DNA of 64,000 nucleotides from Rhina ancylostomus. Taxonomy: Eukaryota. Position numbers and translations under genes: made by a program. The stretch lies in assembly GCA_030265395.1 (NCBI GenBank), contig JARFYF010000053.1:36656118-36720117 (forward strand), given 5' to 3'. Shown here piece after piece: positions 27,801 to 42,800 of the stretch. A model generated the notes under the pieces. The model worked only from the letters and a program-made list of their open reading frames with translations. It made no database searches and was not told the DNA's origin. Each line of letters opens with the position of its first letter. Position 1 is the stretch's first letter.

Positions 27801-30800
27801 TCCATTGGACGCGATCAAATTGCAAAATGGGAGAACTGTTATTTTGCCACTTTGCCTCACAACATGAGGGCGGCAGAAATTTAGGGCGGCACGGTAGCGT
27901 AGCTGTCAGCGTAACGCTATTCCAGAGCCATCAATTGGGCTTCAATTCCCACTGCTGTCTGTAAGGAGTTTGCAGGTTCTCCCCGTGACTGAATGGGTTT
28001 ACTTCTTTTACTCCTTCCACATTCCAAAGACATATGGGTTAGTCGGTCAACTTGGATATAACTGGGATAAAATGAAGTAAAGTTTAACACTTATACCTGA
28101 GGTAAGTGTCGTTTGCTCGCCGAAATTCGGGTCAGTGAAGTAGAATTACAGCTTCAGAAACTATTATGTATCAGGGAAATTGAGAGTTACCTGTACTGTG
28201 TCTTCAAGGAAGTAGTCACAACATTTTGATAATTATAACAAAGCTGATCATCTGTCAAGGACAGGAAATGGATCTGAAAAACGAGCAGTTAGTGGGATAG
28301 TTTGGGTAAATGTGGGGCGCAGAATCCTATAACCCTGTCTAGTAATTACGCTATTTATGATTCCTGGTGAGTAAGAGTCGGAACCGCAGACATGTGCAAT
28401 CTACCATGGCAATAGTTCACCGTGTTACCATTGAAGTGGTGAATGAAATAGAGAAGTTGTCATATGGGATAGAATACTTAGTGGAATAGACATTGCTATC
28501 TGAAGGAACGATGAATCGCAAAAAGTGTACACCCTTCTTGGCACAGCTTATAGAATACCTCTCCCGGAATGGAGAAGAACGAGTGGGAATTGGAGAATTC
28601 AACTGTAGAGTCTCAGAATCNNNNNNNNNNNNNNNNNNNNNNNNNNNNNNNNNNNNNNNNNNNNNNNNNNNNNNNNNNNNNNNNNNNNNNNNNNNNNNNN
28701 NNNNNNNNNNNNNNNNNNNNCTGGTCTTTCTGTGAATCATACAATGAAAAACATGGATCTTTCGCCATCTCAGTATTCCACGATCTCTCATCTCTCTGCT
28801 TATTTATTTACTTGCTAACTGGTCAATAGTCCAATTTGCCGAGATCATACACAATTTCTCAGGTACCTCCTCTTCTATTTAATCTTCTTTAAAAATGTCG
28901 CATTCAAAGTGAACAAGTTTGAGCAGCCAAATGACCTTCCCTGCTCTTAATTGTTAAGTTACAATTTTTTTAAGCACCACTCATAAACTATACAAAAGAA
29001 ACGTGTACAATGGCATTTGGCGAAGGCATTGCAGCCAGCTTTATCTGAATTTCCATTCCCTTGCAGATAACAATAACACTCTGACATCCTTCCTATATTG
29101 CGGAGAATGTCGCAAACATTGAAACACAGGCAGCACATTATAATTTTTAAAAATGCCTCGGAAAATGCTTAACATTATGCTAACTTGAAACAAAAGTACA
29201 ATAACGGAAGAGAAGTATTGAAATGTATCAAATATATGTTATAACTTAATTTAAAATAAAAGGAAACAGCTATAAAAACACTGAGAGAATAAAAGTATCT
29301 ATATACGATATTTTCCTGTGAGTCTTTGGATATTATTGGATTCATATATGACACGCTCAGGGCCACCTCTGGCAAACAATGAGAAAACAATGCACTCTTG
29401 CATCCAATCACGAAAACCAGAATTATCGATCGCGTACAGAAACAAAGCACTGACATTTTGCGGATGTTTCCGCTCTGTCTTTGAAGCACCCAAGGAAGCT
29501 ACCACCGGAGCGTGTTTAGCTCTTTAATAGTCCGCGGGCTGTAATGATGGTGGACAATAAACGTTTCCTTTCAGTAACCCTCAAATTACCTGCGATTCGC
29601 AGCTGAAGTCAAACGATGTAACTGGTTTATTTATCTTGATAAAGAATAATTAAAAGCAAATTGCGCGCATTTTGATTTGTCAAATCATGCTGTGGGGTGA
29701 TTGGAACAACCTCAAATAGTAACATATTAGTTTCTCGGTTCTGACGAATATGAAGATGAATGTTGATTACCATGTAAATGAGAGTACATTATTTTGTCAT
29801 TAAATCATCTGCCTCGAATTTATTCTTCTACAACTCTATTTGATTGAATAAGTCACATCACAGTCTTCATATATTATATCCATTCAAATGAATATTCCGA
29901 AGTAACAATAAAATGAGGGCCCATAGATTACAGGCAAGATATTAGAATGGGTGGAGCACTGACTGCTAGGCAGAAAGCAACGGGTGGGAATAAATGGATC
30001 CTCTTCTAGTTGGTTGCTTGTTACTGGTGGTGTTCCGCAGGGGTCGGTATTGGGGCCGCTTCTTTTCACACTGTATGTTGATGATTTAGATTATGGAATA
30101 GATGGTTTTGTGGCTAAGATTAAAGATGACACCAAGATAAGTGAAGGAGCAGGAAATATTGAAATAGAATAGTTGCAGAGAGACTTAGACAATTTAGGAG
30201 AATGGGTAAAGAAATGACAGATGAGATACAATGTTGAGAAATGTGCGACAGTACATTACGGAAGAATAAATAAACGGGCATATTATTATCTAGATGGGGA
30301 GAAAGTTCAAAATTCAGAAGTGTAAATGGATTAGGAGGTCCTCGCGCAGGATACCCTAAAGGTTAACCATCAGGCTGGATCGGAAGTAAGGATAGAAATG
30401 CTATGTTGGCATTCATTTCAAGACGAGTAAAGTATAAAAGTAAAGATGTGTTGATGAGGCTCCATGGGGTACTGGTGAGACCTCATTTGGAATACTGTGT
30501 GCAGTTTTAGGCCCCTTTTCTTAGGAAGGATGTAATGATGTTGGAAAGATTCAGGGAAGATTTACAAGGATGATTACTGGAATGAAAGGACTTACATACG
30601 AGGAGTGTTTGTGGGCTCTTGGACTGTATTCGTTGGATGATAGAGGACCTCATAGAAACATTTCGAATGTTGAGAGGACTGGACAGAGTAGATGGGGCTA
30701 AGTTCTTTCCCCTGGTGTGTGAGTCCAGGACAAGAGGGAACAGATTTAGAATTAAAGGGTACCCATTTAGCGAGGAGGAGAAATTTATTTAGCTAGACGG

Positions 30801-33800
30801 TCGTGGATTTAAGGAATTCGTTGCCACATGCAGTTGCGGAAGCCTGATCATTGGGAGTGTTGAAGGAGGAGATTGATAGTTATCTGTTTAGTTAGGGTAT
30901 CAAGTGATATGCGTAAAATGCCGGGAATTGGGGCAAGATGGGAGAATAGTTTCGCTCATGGTGAAGTGGAGGAGCAGAATCGATGGGCCAAATCCTTCTG
31001 TGATCTTGTAAACTTAAATTAGAGCGAGTTCATCCTTAATTAGCCCACATCACAGGTACTGCAAACACCTTTGCATTGCAGATGCAAATCAAAGTATCAT
31101 TGTGCCTCTACTGGCAAATAGTTAGCACCACATTCTCCATTAGTTGTAAGTAAGGTTCGGGACTCAACGTCGGTGCAGTTCCACCATGTAATCCAATCTC
31201 GGTTATATTTGGGCATGAAATGTATAAATTCAATTCGTCATTGTCAGAAACAAAACACTTCTTATCAGCTCACCAGAACGTTCAGACTTTGCATTATCCT
31301 CTGAAAATAATTATATGGAAAAAAAACGTAATTTTTTCATTTGTCATGAAAAGTCGCAATGCTGTGCATTTTGTTTGAAAGAGTTAGATGATCTCCATTA
31401 CAGGAGCGAACGCATACAATATAAATTGGCATATAGAAGAAACGGTCGATATAGAATTGTTGATTTCTAATGTCGCCACATCATACCCATTTCCATTCAC
31501 TTTCATGGAGTTAGTGTTATGCAGGTTCCCAGACACCGTTGTTGATGTATAATAATCTAATAAACATTTGCTCGTGCCTCCAGTTTTTAAATATTTCAAA
31601 TTCACCTTTTAGAAACATCTTTATTTTCATTTCTGAAACATAGTAATATAACGTTATATTGTGAGCAACTTTCGATTTTCTACAGCGCCTTTTCAAAGCA
31701 GATCATATGGGAGACAACATTATTTGTATGTTTTTACTTAGTACGCGAATAGTATAATACAAAAATCAAAGATTGGAAACCAGTTACCACGAAATATTTT
31801 CCAACCAGGAGCAACTAGTGTCATTCAGAATATTTAATAGTGTTTGGCTTGGTCTTGTCATGGAAATATTAAAGTACTGATGTCAGTTAACTTTTATTAA
31901 ATTATTTTGTAATCATCAGTCACATTGATCGGCAATCATTGACCTCTTCTTCACTCTTATTGTAGATGCCGACTTCTCTGTCAGTGGAGTGTTCCACTCT
32001 TGGTTGTGCGATGTCGAGTTCAGTTTGCTGCAGCAAGAAAACGTGTCATGTTTTTCTTACCAGGAAAGCGAGAACGGAACCACAAATATGAGGGCAATAC
32101 TCTGATGTCTAACAGTGCGATATTCAACGATACTATAGGTACAAGCATAGTTTGCAGTGGCCCACATAACATTCTAGCAATTCAATTACAGGTTGGCTGG
32201 GTTGCATCCGAAACATGCCAAGCAACCTTAATTCCCAACCTGTAATACAATTGTGGAACAGCAATATGTAATACCTCTTTAATAATCATTGTCTGAATGG
32301 AGGATTTTTCAAGAATTCTGTGTTATGATGTACTTCCTGTAATCAGCAAATGTCGGTTGCAATATCAAGTTGACTCGTTTTCTTTTCCGGAGTCAACGCT
32401 CCAGAAAGCAGACATTTTTCCTGTCCATATTCGCAAGTGAAACTACATGAAGAACCTTAGTTCGATGACCACGTACTTTCCATTCTGAATAACAGGGACA
32501 GACATTGACGTATATATTTAAGTTACTTGAATTGGTACTGTTATGACACAAATGTCTGAGCTTCTGCTCAAAGTTGAGAATAACGTTCCCCAATGGTCAA
32601 TTACACTTATCAACGCCACAAAATAAGGAATAAAACCTTGTATTGAGTTCATCGGGAGAAACAAAATCAATGAATTGCACTACAGTTTCAACAAATAATA
32701 TAATTTTTGCTGTGTCTGCCTGGGCCTTACTTTTATTCATATTCACTTTCAGTAATACCGAAAGATTGTTTGTCGATTCTCTAACCTGTGTCTGCTAACT
32801 TTCTGTTCAAGACTTCTATTTCTGCAAAAGAAGAGCGTCAAAGTATCAGGGTGGTTTGTAGTTTATCAGGGAAGTTAGCGATTTTTATCAGATTTCAAAT
32901 ATTTCACTCTAGTGATGTAAAAGTTTATATGTTCGAACATTAAATTTATCATACTAACATTATGCCAGTCGTTTAATTCTCTTACATAATAAGATGTCTT
33001 CCTGTCGATTTGGCTTTTGATACCCCTACAATATTAACTGAGATTATAATCGCACACATTTCCCATCATTGTTAAGATTAGGTTTGGGATGGTCAGGCAT
33101 GCGTAAGTAAATCAGGCTATATTGATTTGAAGACAAATGCGCCTGTTATTTGACATAATGTAAGAAGTTGGATATATATTTATCAATAATATAAAGCAAC
33201 ATAAAGTAAGACTTATGAGACGCAGCAAGAGATTCTGCCTTCAAGTCCATTCACTTATTTTACGATTTAATATCTCTTATTTTCCCACCGCTTTTCTCGT
33301 AACACATCCTTTAGTTCTTCTGAAAAACACAACTGCTGTTTCGAATCCATTTAATGGCGATATTCCACAAGGATATCAAGGATATATGATAGAAGTTTGT
33401 AAGTAATTACCACCCTCTGAAAGAGGAAGTGATAGGTCAGAGGGCACGATTCTCAGGAATCCGTTCGGTTGTTGCATTCTTCCGTGGAGGCTTGAATATA
33501 TATCCTCTGTTCGTTTGTTAATTACTTCCTGTTAGCTTGATGCAGACATACAACCGAACAATGAATGCAGCCAAGTACGTGCTATTTGTATCTCAGTGAA
33601 ATGGATTTTGAATTGCGAGAAGACACTGATTGTGCTTCACATAATCTTCCACTTTATTTGGAGAAATTTCCAGTGAGGCACTTAGCATTAAATTTCATGT
33701 GTACTGAAGTGTCTGCTGTTGTATTCCGTATCCCAGAAATGTGGCACACTGAGATAACCTACCGCAGAGGTTATGCAAAAATATTCACCAGTCTGTATAT

Positions 33801-36800
33801 CCTAATCTATAGTCTTTTATTTCCCACAAGGAAACACAGAAGTGCTGCAGAGTTTTGAAATGGCGAGAAATTGGTAAGTGTTGCGGTTTAAATAAATCTG
33901 ATTGTCTTACGCTCAAACAATTAAATCTAATATGTCGGTACATCTCGCAGGTGGGACGTCAATGACATATTTCCCTTTATTGCTGGAGCAAACGTGCTAC
34001 ATCAGATACGGAGTGCCTTGTTTAGACTACGCCATGGATATTCTGTGCAATAGATGGCGAGTTTCTCATTTTCGGAGAACTTTAGTGTCCTTCGTTCTTA
34101 TTCTTGACATTTTTGAAGAAAGTGCGTTGTCTTCATGGCAGTGAACAAAAATTCCTCGAGGTATCAGAAGAGTAGATAAGGGTAGGATTTTTGACGACTA
34201 TGTAACTGATGGTAACTGTTTCAAAATATGTCCTGTGCTGTTTAGGACTGAAGTGAATAAGGAACCCAATTGGCAAAATTTGATTCATTCCACTTACCCG
34301 CCAAGAGACCTTTGGAGCCCAAGACATTGATTTCATTCAGCAATATTTGGTGATTATTATTGGGTTATTAGCCGAACGAAGAAATACAGTGATATGTCTG
34401 GAACATGGGTTCGAGATGATAATCAGCCAACACGTTATTTTTGAATAGGGGGAAGGACCCTGCTTCTGAACGACCAGCTACTTTTCAGATTCCTTTGTTT
34501 CTTCTGTAGCTTAATTAACACGCTGTAGTTCACTTGCGGTTTGACCGTTAGCAGTGGAGAGAGGAAGCATGAAGTTTTCTCTACAAAGAAACGCTAGTTT
34601 CATTATTTGACAATGATAGTCAAAGTGTCGTCCTCAGCAAAGAAATTATTAAATGGAGGATTATGTTCAAATATACAAATAAATGAACAGCAACCAATGG
34701 GTTTCCATCAAGGATCCAGAATAAAACAATGTGCTGCTAATATTCAAGATGATATGCGATACTTGTCTAAATATGGCACAATGAGGTCCGGTGAAAAATG
34801 GCAAAAGTGAACAAGTGTCATAAACACTTCAAATGCTCAAGAAGAAGTGAATGAACAGACAACTTGATTGCAGTTCATAATACATATATTGACAGGATGA
34901 GAATATTTGCGGAAGGAGAACCTTTGACAATCTCCTGACATAATGGAGGAACACACATACTCGTGGGGAAAGGAGTTCAACGTGTTTAAACTTTTCAAGG
35001 CTGAAACACTGCAACACGTATTTCCCTCAGATTCCTTGTTGAACCACTCAAAAGTTAAAGAAAATAGAATTTTACCAAAAAGAACTTTGTTGCTCTTCGG
35101 AGTCCATGCCCTGGCACACAGCCAGTTAGTGCCTATCGAAGAATACATCTGATGGAATAACCACACATGGCTTGTGCCGTTTCTCTGTGTTGAATGAATT
35201 ATCTTTGAACCGTGGACATTTCGGATAACATAGTAATTTATTTGAGAACAGTTTTGGTTGTTGGGTTTTTGAACTGTGAAATTACAGCAAAATTTAAATT
35301 TAAAGCTGCACATATTAACATTTGAATGCAAATTTAAAGCATTTGGCTAAAATAAATTACTGCTATTCAAATGGTTCTTTTCGCAACTGACCTAACACAA
35401 AGGAAATGTAAAGTATGGTGTTACCATAAAGATGTGAGGAACCACATACAAATATAAATGAATAAAAAGACAGACAGGTAGAGAGACATGATGATAGATG
35501 GNNNNNNNNNNNNNNNNNNNNNNNNNNNNNNNNNNNNNNNNNNNNNNNNNNNNNNNNNNNNNNNNNNNNNNNNNNNNNNNNNNNNNNNNNNNNNNNNNNN
35601 NNNNNNNNNNNNNNNNNNNNNNNNNNNNNNNNNNNCGACAGTAACTTAATATAAACACGAGATTATGTATTTGACTTCCATAGCAACAGTAATTCTCTCT
35701 TCCCTCATCCATGCATAGGTGAAACACTAACAACCTCAATTCTCTTAAGTTACGTGGCAAATCAAATCACCTTTTTTTCTACCATTTATTTCGTCACAGG
35801 ACGCATACCAAACAGAAACATTTTAAGCTTTTTTTCCCCATGAATACCGAACCTCGTCATTTTTGAACTAACTTTATTCTATTTGCACATTTTCTTCACT
35901 CTTTCGTTCTTGTCCATTCGATACCTCTTGTTGATTTTTTCGAAATAGCGCCGAAAATCACTCTCATTTATTATATTAGCAGCCCATTGCCGTGACTTCA
36001 AAACACCTCCCTTCCCTGTTTTACTTTCCATTTCCTGTATGAGAGATGACAGTCCATTGAAACAGAGCATTTCCTTCACGTCGATGCGCGCAATTTCTTG
36101 CAACATTCAATCTGAAAGTCTTTCCCTTCCGAACTATTCATCTGGCACATATTCTTCCAACCAGCTGTCACGAAGACAAGCACAATCACATTGACTTTGC
36201 CAACAGCACTCACATACCATGAGCTATTTGCATTTAAAGTGAGTCCTCCAGAAACAGATTTATAATTGAGGATAGAGCATTTTCTGTATTCATTAAATAC
36301 AGTAAATATCTTTCGAATACATTAGCTAACATGGTTTTGATCAGGTTCATGCCCGTCTCCACTGCTTAGATTAACTATTTCAGAACTTCTCCATCAGATG
36401 TTATGATTCTTCAAAATATTGGGGATTAGACTGACATTTTAACCGAAAATTCTCCATTAAAGAGTCAATTTCTTTTACTTTTATGAACACATGTCCTTCA
36501 TTCTCTCCCCTTATACGTCACATCACACTAATATGAACAGTATTCGTTATTTTAATTTCCATGAATGTTAATTCTAAATCTTCCAATGTTTAGAGTTTCC
36601 AACGTTCCTACTCCTGAGTAAAATCTCTCTCAATGTCCATTGCTTCAAAGAAAAATACATGAAATTGCATAATCATTCCTGTTAAATATCATTTACTACT
36701 AATTGTAAAATCTGCAACTATTTTACGTTGATCTGCTGCAGTGTCATCATTTTTTCCTATAATTTGTTGAATGGATTGACATAATTTCCGTAAGATGTGG

Positions 36801-39800
36801 TTAAAATGGAACAAATGATTCAAGTGGAAAATACCCTTCAGAGCGACTGGGCCTCAAATTCAAACAGTTGAGATGAGGCAGAAAGCAGTAGGCAATATAA
36901 TCACCAACTAATTTGTGAATTGCTTCGATGTATTTTTATTACTTGGGTAGCTCGGGTTTCGAAATATAGCAGCTCTTTCCTACAAGTGACATAACGCCAA
37001 CACAGGACCGCCGCTCCCCCGTCCCTCCAACACCAACAGAACATGCACATATATCTGTTATGTCTTTTATGTTAAAACACTGGAACATTACGGACAGACG
37101 ACTCCACATTTTGAGTTGAGTTGGGGTTTGGATGATGAACGGTGGGAGAAGGACGTGATATCACACAAATGTTCCTAATGGATGGAATAATGGACAGCAA
37201 TCCTGGCGATCTGCAAAATATTGGCCAGGAACCTATCATTCTGCCACAGGCCTTTTACTACGTTGAATCCATGAAAAAATGTGCAATTTAATTTTGGTGT
37301 ATTATAACTTTGAGCAAAGCAATAGTGTGACTTTACCTCATAGAAAATTGGTCGAATCGTATCTGGGACATTGCGTTTGTCGTTGGCAAATATCTATGGT
37401 CCTGGGAAACCTGAACGTTTACATTCACTGAAATAATATTGAGAATTCAATGGAGTGCGTAATAGAAAATTGCATAGCGCTTGCTAAACGTCTGCACTAA
37501 GTAAAACCAGCGGTGTATCCAGTTGTTAAATATAGAGGCGAAATTGAATAACTTTGAAGAAAATAAATACAGAGATCAGTACTTTCTGGCAGCAGCATGT
37601 TGCTTATGCTTGCTCACTCTTGATCCTCTCTTAATCATTAGTTCAACCTTCTTCAAATAGGAACCTTCAAAGAACAGCATCAAGAACGAAATTGACTGTG
37701 TGCTGTTTGATAAGTCCTTATGCAGCCCGATATCCTCGGACTGTAAGTGGCAAATACAGTCCATCGAAAGGAGTTGGTTATCATTTTATCATTTCTGTGC
37801 TGACCAGAGAGAAATTTTATCGCGTGATCGGTTATGTTTATTTAATTACTGAGTATAGATTGTACACAATAATATGCCCCATTGTATTTTTCAGAAGAAC
37901 ATCACCCAAAGAGATACGCAATCACCTTGGCAAACGTATGCAAAGAAACAGCGTAAGGGATATATATATATATACATATAAGGACGATGTCGCAAACTAC
38001 TGTTATGAACGTCTCAGCAACCCATGCTACATAGATCACTTTAATAAAGAATGCAAAATACAGTGAAAATAGAAACAAAAATAAAGAATAGCTCTCCAAT
38101 TAGAACGTTTTAGTAGCTACACCATGTTACGGATAGCACTGCCGAAAGTTGCAAATGTATAACTGTTCCCATATTTGTAATGTACTCCTCAGTGATAACT
38201 TAGTGATGTACATTCAGTTACCACTGTATTCAGCTACCAATAACGTAAATGTTATGCGGGTTTCAGACTCACTGTATTTCCAGCTTATTGCCTGCAGGGC
38301 CTCACCACCTCTGTTGTACTGTTGTGTATGTGTTATTTTGGCTGCCTCCAACTTGAAAACATTTGCAGTTTGTGTTTCCCAATCTGTAGTCACCATCTTT
38401 ATATTCCCACAGGAGTTGAAAAGACTGGTTGTGGTGAAATTTTCTTTGTAATTCTGTCAGTCTTCTCCTCTGCCCTTCATTACCGCACATTATGATCATT
38501 ACATTTTTCTTGCTACTATAAATGAAATCCTCATAATGAATCTCTTGTTTAATTTGATGCATAATAGTAGACTGGTCAGTCAAAGAAAGGTCCAGTCTCC
38601 AACAAAATTTCGTAGAGCTCCTCTCAACTTTTGTCGATGATATATTCTGTTGAGATGAAGAGAAAACTGATGCTAATTCAACTGCCTCACTTTTATTTCA
38701 GTCTATGGCAAGTCCACATGAACGTAATTATTTGCGTTTTCTTTTTTGCTGCATTTCGCGATACTCACTGAAGGACCCGATTTTGTATCAATTGTAAATC
38801 AAGTGCTGTGCTCTGAAGAGATCTGCTTGTGCAAGAATTGATGATCGCAAAGAATGAAGGGTTCCTGGAAGTTCCTACTTTTCGCAATACACATTCAGTT
38901 TAGACATATTATAATGATTGCCTTTAGAGACATTGAATAACATTTCATTTGTTTGGGTGCGCAACATTGAAGACTTGTCACTTTCAAATTAAAATTGTTT
39001 GGCACTATGAAACGTGTCAGGGCTTGAATGATTATTTTGTCGTGTTAATTTGGAGATGCCAGATGTGAAGTCCTTCTCACAGTTAGACATCTGAATGTAG
39101 TAACTTGAAACCAACTCCTCGAAAATTGATGTAGATACACAGTTCAACCGACGATTGCTCTGGTATAGTTTAGAATAAAATAAAGTCTGTTCAGCACTCA
39201 TAAAGTACTGACAATATTGCGAAAGTGCCAGAGCCTGGATAAAAGTAAAATTAGGAATTAGGGAAGTGTTTGGATTAAAGCGAAAACTGTCCTTTGAAGA
39301 TCGAAGCATTGGTGGAATACATCATGCCCAGCATTGTATAAAATTGGAGTCACAAACTGTTTTCTGAAGGAATTCAGTGGGCCCAGCAGCATCTATGGAA
39401 GGAAGGGAATTGCCGATTGTTCTGTTCGAAAGCCTGCATCAGATGCTGACACTACTCAACCGTTTTATTGCTCCATCAGATCGTTTGTTTGTCCAGGTTG
39501 TTCCAGATTCCAACATTTGCAGTATCTTGAGTATTCATTGAATAACCGCCCCCCCAAAAAAAAAACGTTCTGTTCATCACTGGCGACTAACTCGAGAAAA
39601 GGCACAACGAATTCATTTCCGTTCTAAATCAATAAGAGGAAATATTTTGCCGGGCGGTAAAATTGCTTCTTTACTTTGTCGCATCATTTTAGCCTCATTC
39701 TGTTTTCCTTTTATGCAAGTCAACTACAACTCACTTCCATAACGTTGGAGCACACGTTGATATTGTCATAGCATGTTGGCCCAAAATATTTTATTTTATG

Positions 39801-42800
39801 GGTATGTTTCGGATCAGATGATGAAGGATAGTCCGTTTTTTCATTGGTAGGTTACTTCTATTGTTAGACAACCATTGTTCACAAAATTGCGATTCTTGCT
39901 ATCAGTCTCGAATAAAAAACACATGCAGTGTGGTTCCTAAAAAGCCTGCCCATTATTGGATAGATTTCTCAGGAGTTCCTCTTTCTAGTACGTGACCTGT
40001 ACAACTTCATTTCATGTTATGCAGAGCTGGACGGGAAATTGGATTTCGTAGAAGTAGCACTCAGAGGGAAATCGACAAACTGCATTTAGATTCTAACAAA
40101 AATGAAGAGGCGCTGTAAGAAAAATCCTGAGCAGAGACGTTGGGAAAGACAGGAAGATAAACAGTGTTTTTCACTATGGAGAAGGATGCTAAATTTTTCC
40201 GGACTACGGAATGCTATGTAAATATAATAATATTGTCATGGTTCTGAGTACTGTCCCTCGATTCGGCTCCTTAGATACCTTATTGTACAGCACATGGATT
40301 CCATGCTGGACTGATTGCACAACGATACACCCCTGAGCCCCTTCGGGAGCCTAGCATACGTACCTGGGTTTCTCTAGCACTAGTTGCCAGAGTATTGGTC
40401 AACCTTCGGGTATACATTGGCTCCTGGCTGCTTAGAGTGGTCTACTCTAGAGCAGTCCAGTGTTCACTGTTCCTCTTCGAATATCCAGTTCGTGTTAAGA
40501 TTCTTCCTCAGATCTCCGAGGCAAGATTCCTTCCAGTTGCTGCCTGTGTTTGGTCCTGAGGAAGTATCCTGACTCCAGTCTTATACCAGTGTGCCGCAGT
40601 TGGGTTCTCTGTGAGCCTTATCTTTGCTCAAGATTGTGGCAGATATGGCAGCACACACTTACGTTAAAGTAAGATTATAATGATTACGTCATTTCTGATA
40701 ATTTCCGAGTTGCTTCCAATTAATGACTGAAAGTTGTGTAATAATATTTTCTCAACAGTTCGCGTAATTATTTTCATGTAGCCTCTTTCTTTTAGTTATA
40801 TTGGACAACTAATTGCAGGAAAGAAAATATCACCTTCTGGAGGTAAAATAGACCTTAGACTGTTAATAATATCAATACTGGAATTTCAAAGGGCCTTTTC
40901 ATCATTCTGCCACTAGCTGGAGCAGAGGTGGATGACGATTGGAGGGCAGCTAACTGTCTCCCTTCCATTAACATAGAGCACCAGCAAAACAATTATTGCG
41001 TAATAAATAGTTTACGTTCGATAATGGATAGATTACTGTCCATTTCTGATGGAATAACAGGCAATTTATTCTGTAAAACCACTGTGGACTTGTCAGAAAG
41101 AATCACGTCAAGCTAGTAATCAAAATCCATGCCAACCATCACAAATACCCTGTTTTCTTTTTCAATGGCCAATAAGGGTAGTGTGTTGAGGAGATAGAAA
41201 CAGGTATTTTGCAAAGTTCTTATTTTGCAAGAGTCCCGCATGGCTGGCTTGAAAAATTCTAGGGACCACAGATATTCAAAGTAGATCGCAAAATAGGATC
41301 GAAAAGTTGCTTTCCAGCAAGAAACTGATTTTTCAGTGCAGTATAATTTCCAGTGAATCACATCATGACTCAGTGTTTGCTAATGAGTTGCAAATAAATA
41401 TTATTTCATGATGAGTGAAGAATGGCAGCACCCTCCATAATTTTCTAAACGTTAGGAAGGAAGTTTAGTTATTTAGAGGATAATATGTGGCAAATGAACA
41501 ATCCGAATTTGTGCAGCGTTGTGCAATTGTATAAGTGCAAACAGGAAGAGAATAAATAAAGCACAGACATATGCCGAGGATATCGTTAGGCTACAGAGGA
41601 ACGGAAATACTTTAAAATCCATGACCATAGATCCTTAAATAAGGTAGTGAAATAAGCATTGAGAATGTTTCAATTTATTCTTTGATGCAGAAGAAACAAG
41701 AGCAGGGAGATTACGGCAGAACTATTTTGAACGTAATGAAGGCTATACTTAATACATGGCGTACAGATCTACCCAGAGCCTTTCTGCCTGCTGCGATGGC
41801 ACTATGGATGGTGTGACCGAGTTATTGCGACGACTGGACAAATTCTTAAACCAAAGACGACTCGATCGTGGAGGGGTGTGCATTTATTTGGAAGTACCAA
41901 TCTTGAGAAGAAATTTGATTAAAGTGTATATAGATATATGTGGATTGAATACCGTAACCAGGATAGACAAACTCAAGGAATCGAAAGAAGCTCAAGAAAG
42001 GAGATAAGAAATTTTCATACAGTATGTTGTTGACCTCGGGACTTCTCTGCCCTCACGTTTTATAAAGGGTGGAAAAGCTGTTGTAGTTTTAGATCCGTGC
42101 AGTCATCAGCACGGAAAGCGGCCCTTCGGCCCTTTGAGTTTGTGCCAATCATCATCCATTTATTCACAACAATCCTATATTAATCCATTGAAAATTCTTC
42201 CCACATTCTCGGCAAACTTGCCAAGATTCCACCACTCACATACACACTTTACTTCTCTCTCGCTCCCGCACATCGCCCAGATTACTTCCATATCTCTGTA
42301 TGCTCTCTGCCTTTTTCGGAAACTAGCAGCAATGGCGGTGTACGGAACCTTTAGAATCCATGAGCATTTGTTTGAACGTACGATGAGAACACAGCCAATC
42401 AATACATGTGAAATGTCGTCCGATATCAACAAATTTTAAGTTGCAATGATATGTAAATTTAGGAGTTGCATCTCCAACTAATTATTCATATTTTAATGGA
42501 AAAGGAAAGAGTTGGCTTTTGAGCAACAGAAACTGTCATCGATTTCCGTCAGGAAAAGTGACAGTTAAATCAATGAATATTTTAAAAATAGAATAGTTTA
42601 TTTTCGATTATGGTTAAAATTAAACAGTAATATTTGAATAAAATAAATAATTTCGAATTCATGTCAGAGCTATTCAGATATAGAACATCACAGGTTGACT
42701 GCTATCAAATAGAGCATGGATGTTTATGTCACTGATATTAAGGAAATTATCTGAAGCGAGGATTCATTGTGTTGTTGGACGTTCTGCTGCTGGGCCAGTG

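Noticed and set aside
27884-27955. Possible tRNA gene
   Set aside because: A/B boxes run straight into a SINE core and no cloverleaf can be completed; it is a SINE head.
31490-31605. Acid-phosphatase-like peptide EFEIFKN...FIRLLYINNG
   Set aside because: It begins exactly at the GT donor of micro-exon 31606, so it is intron; it contains stops and the similarity is vague.
32731-32757. Extra 27-nt exon candidate LLKVNMNK
   Set aside because: The acceptor is GG and it lies only 28 nt from exon 32786, too short for an intron.
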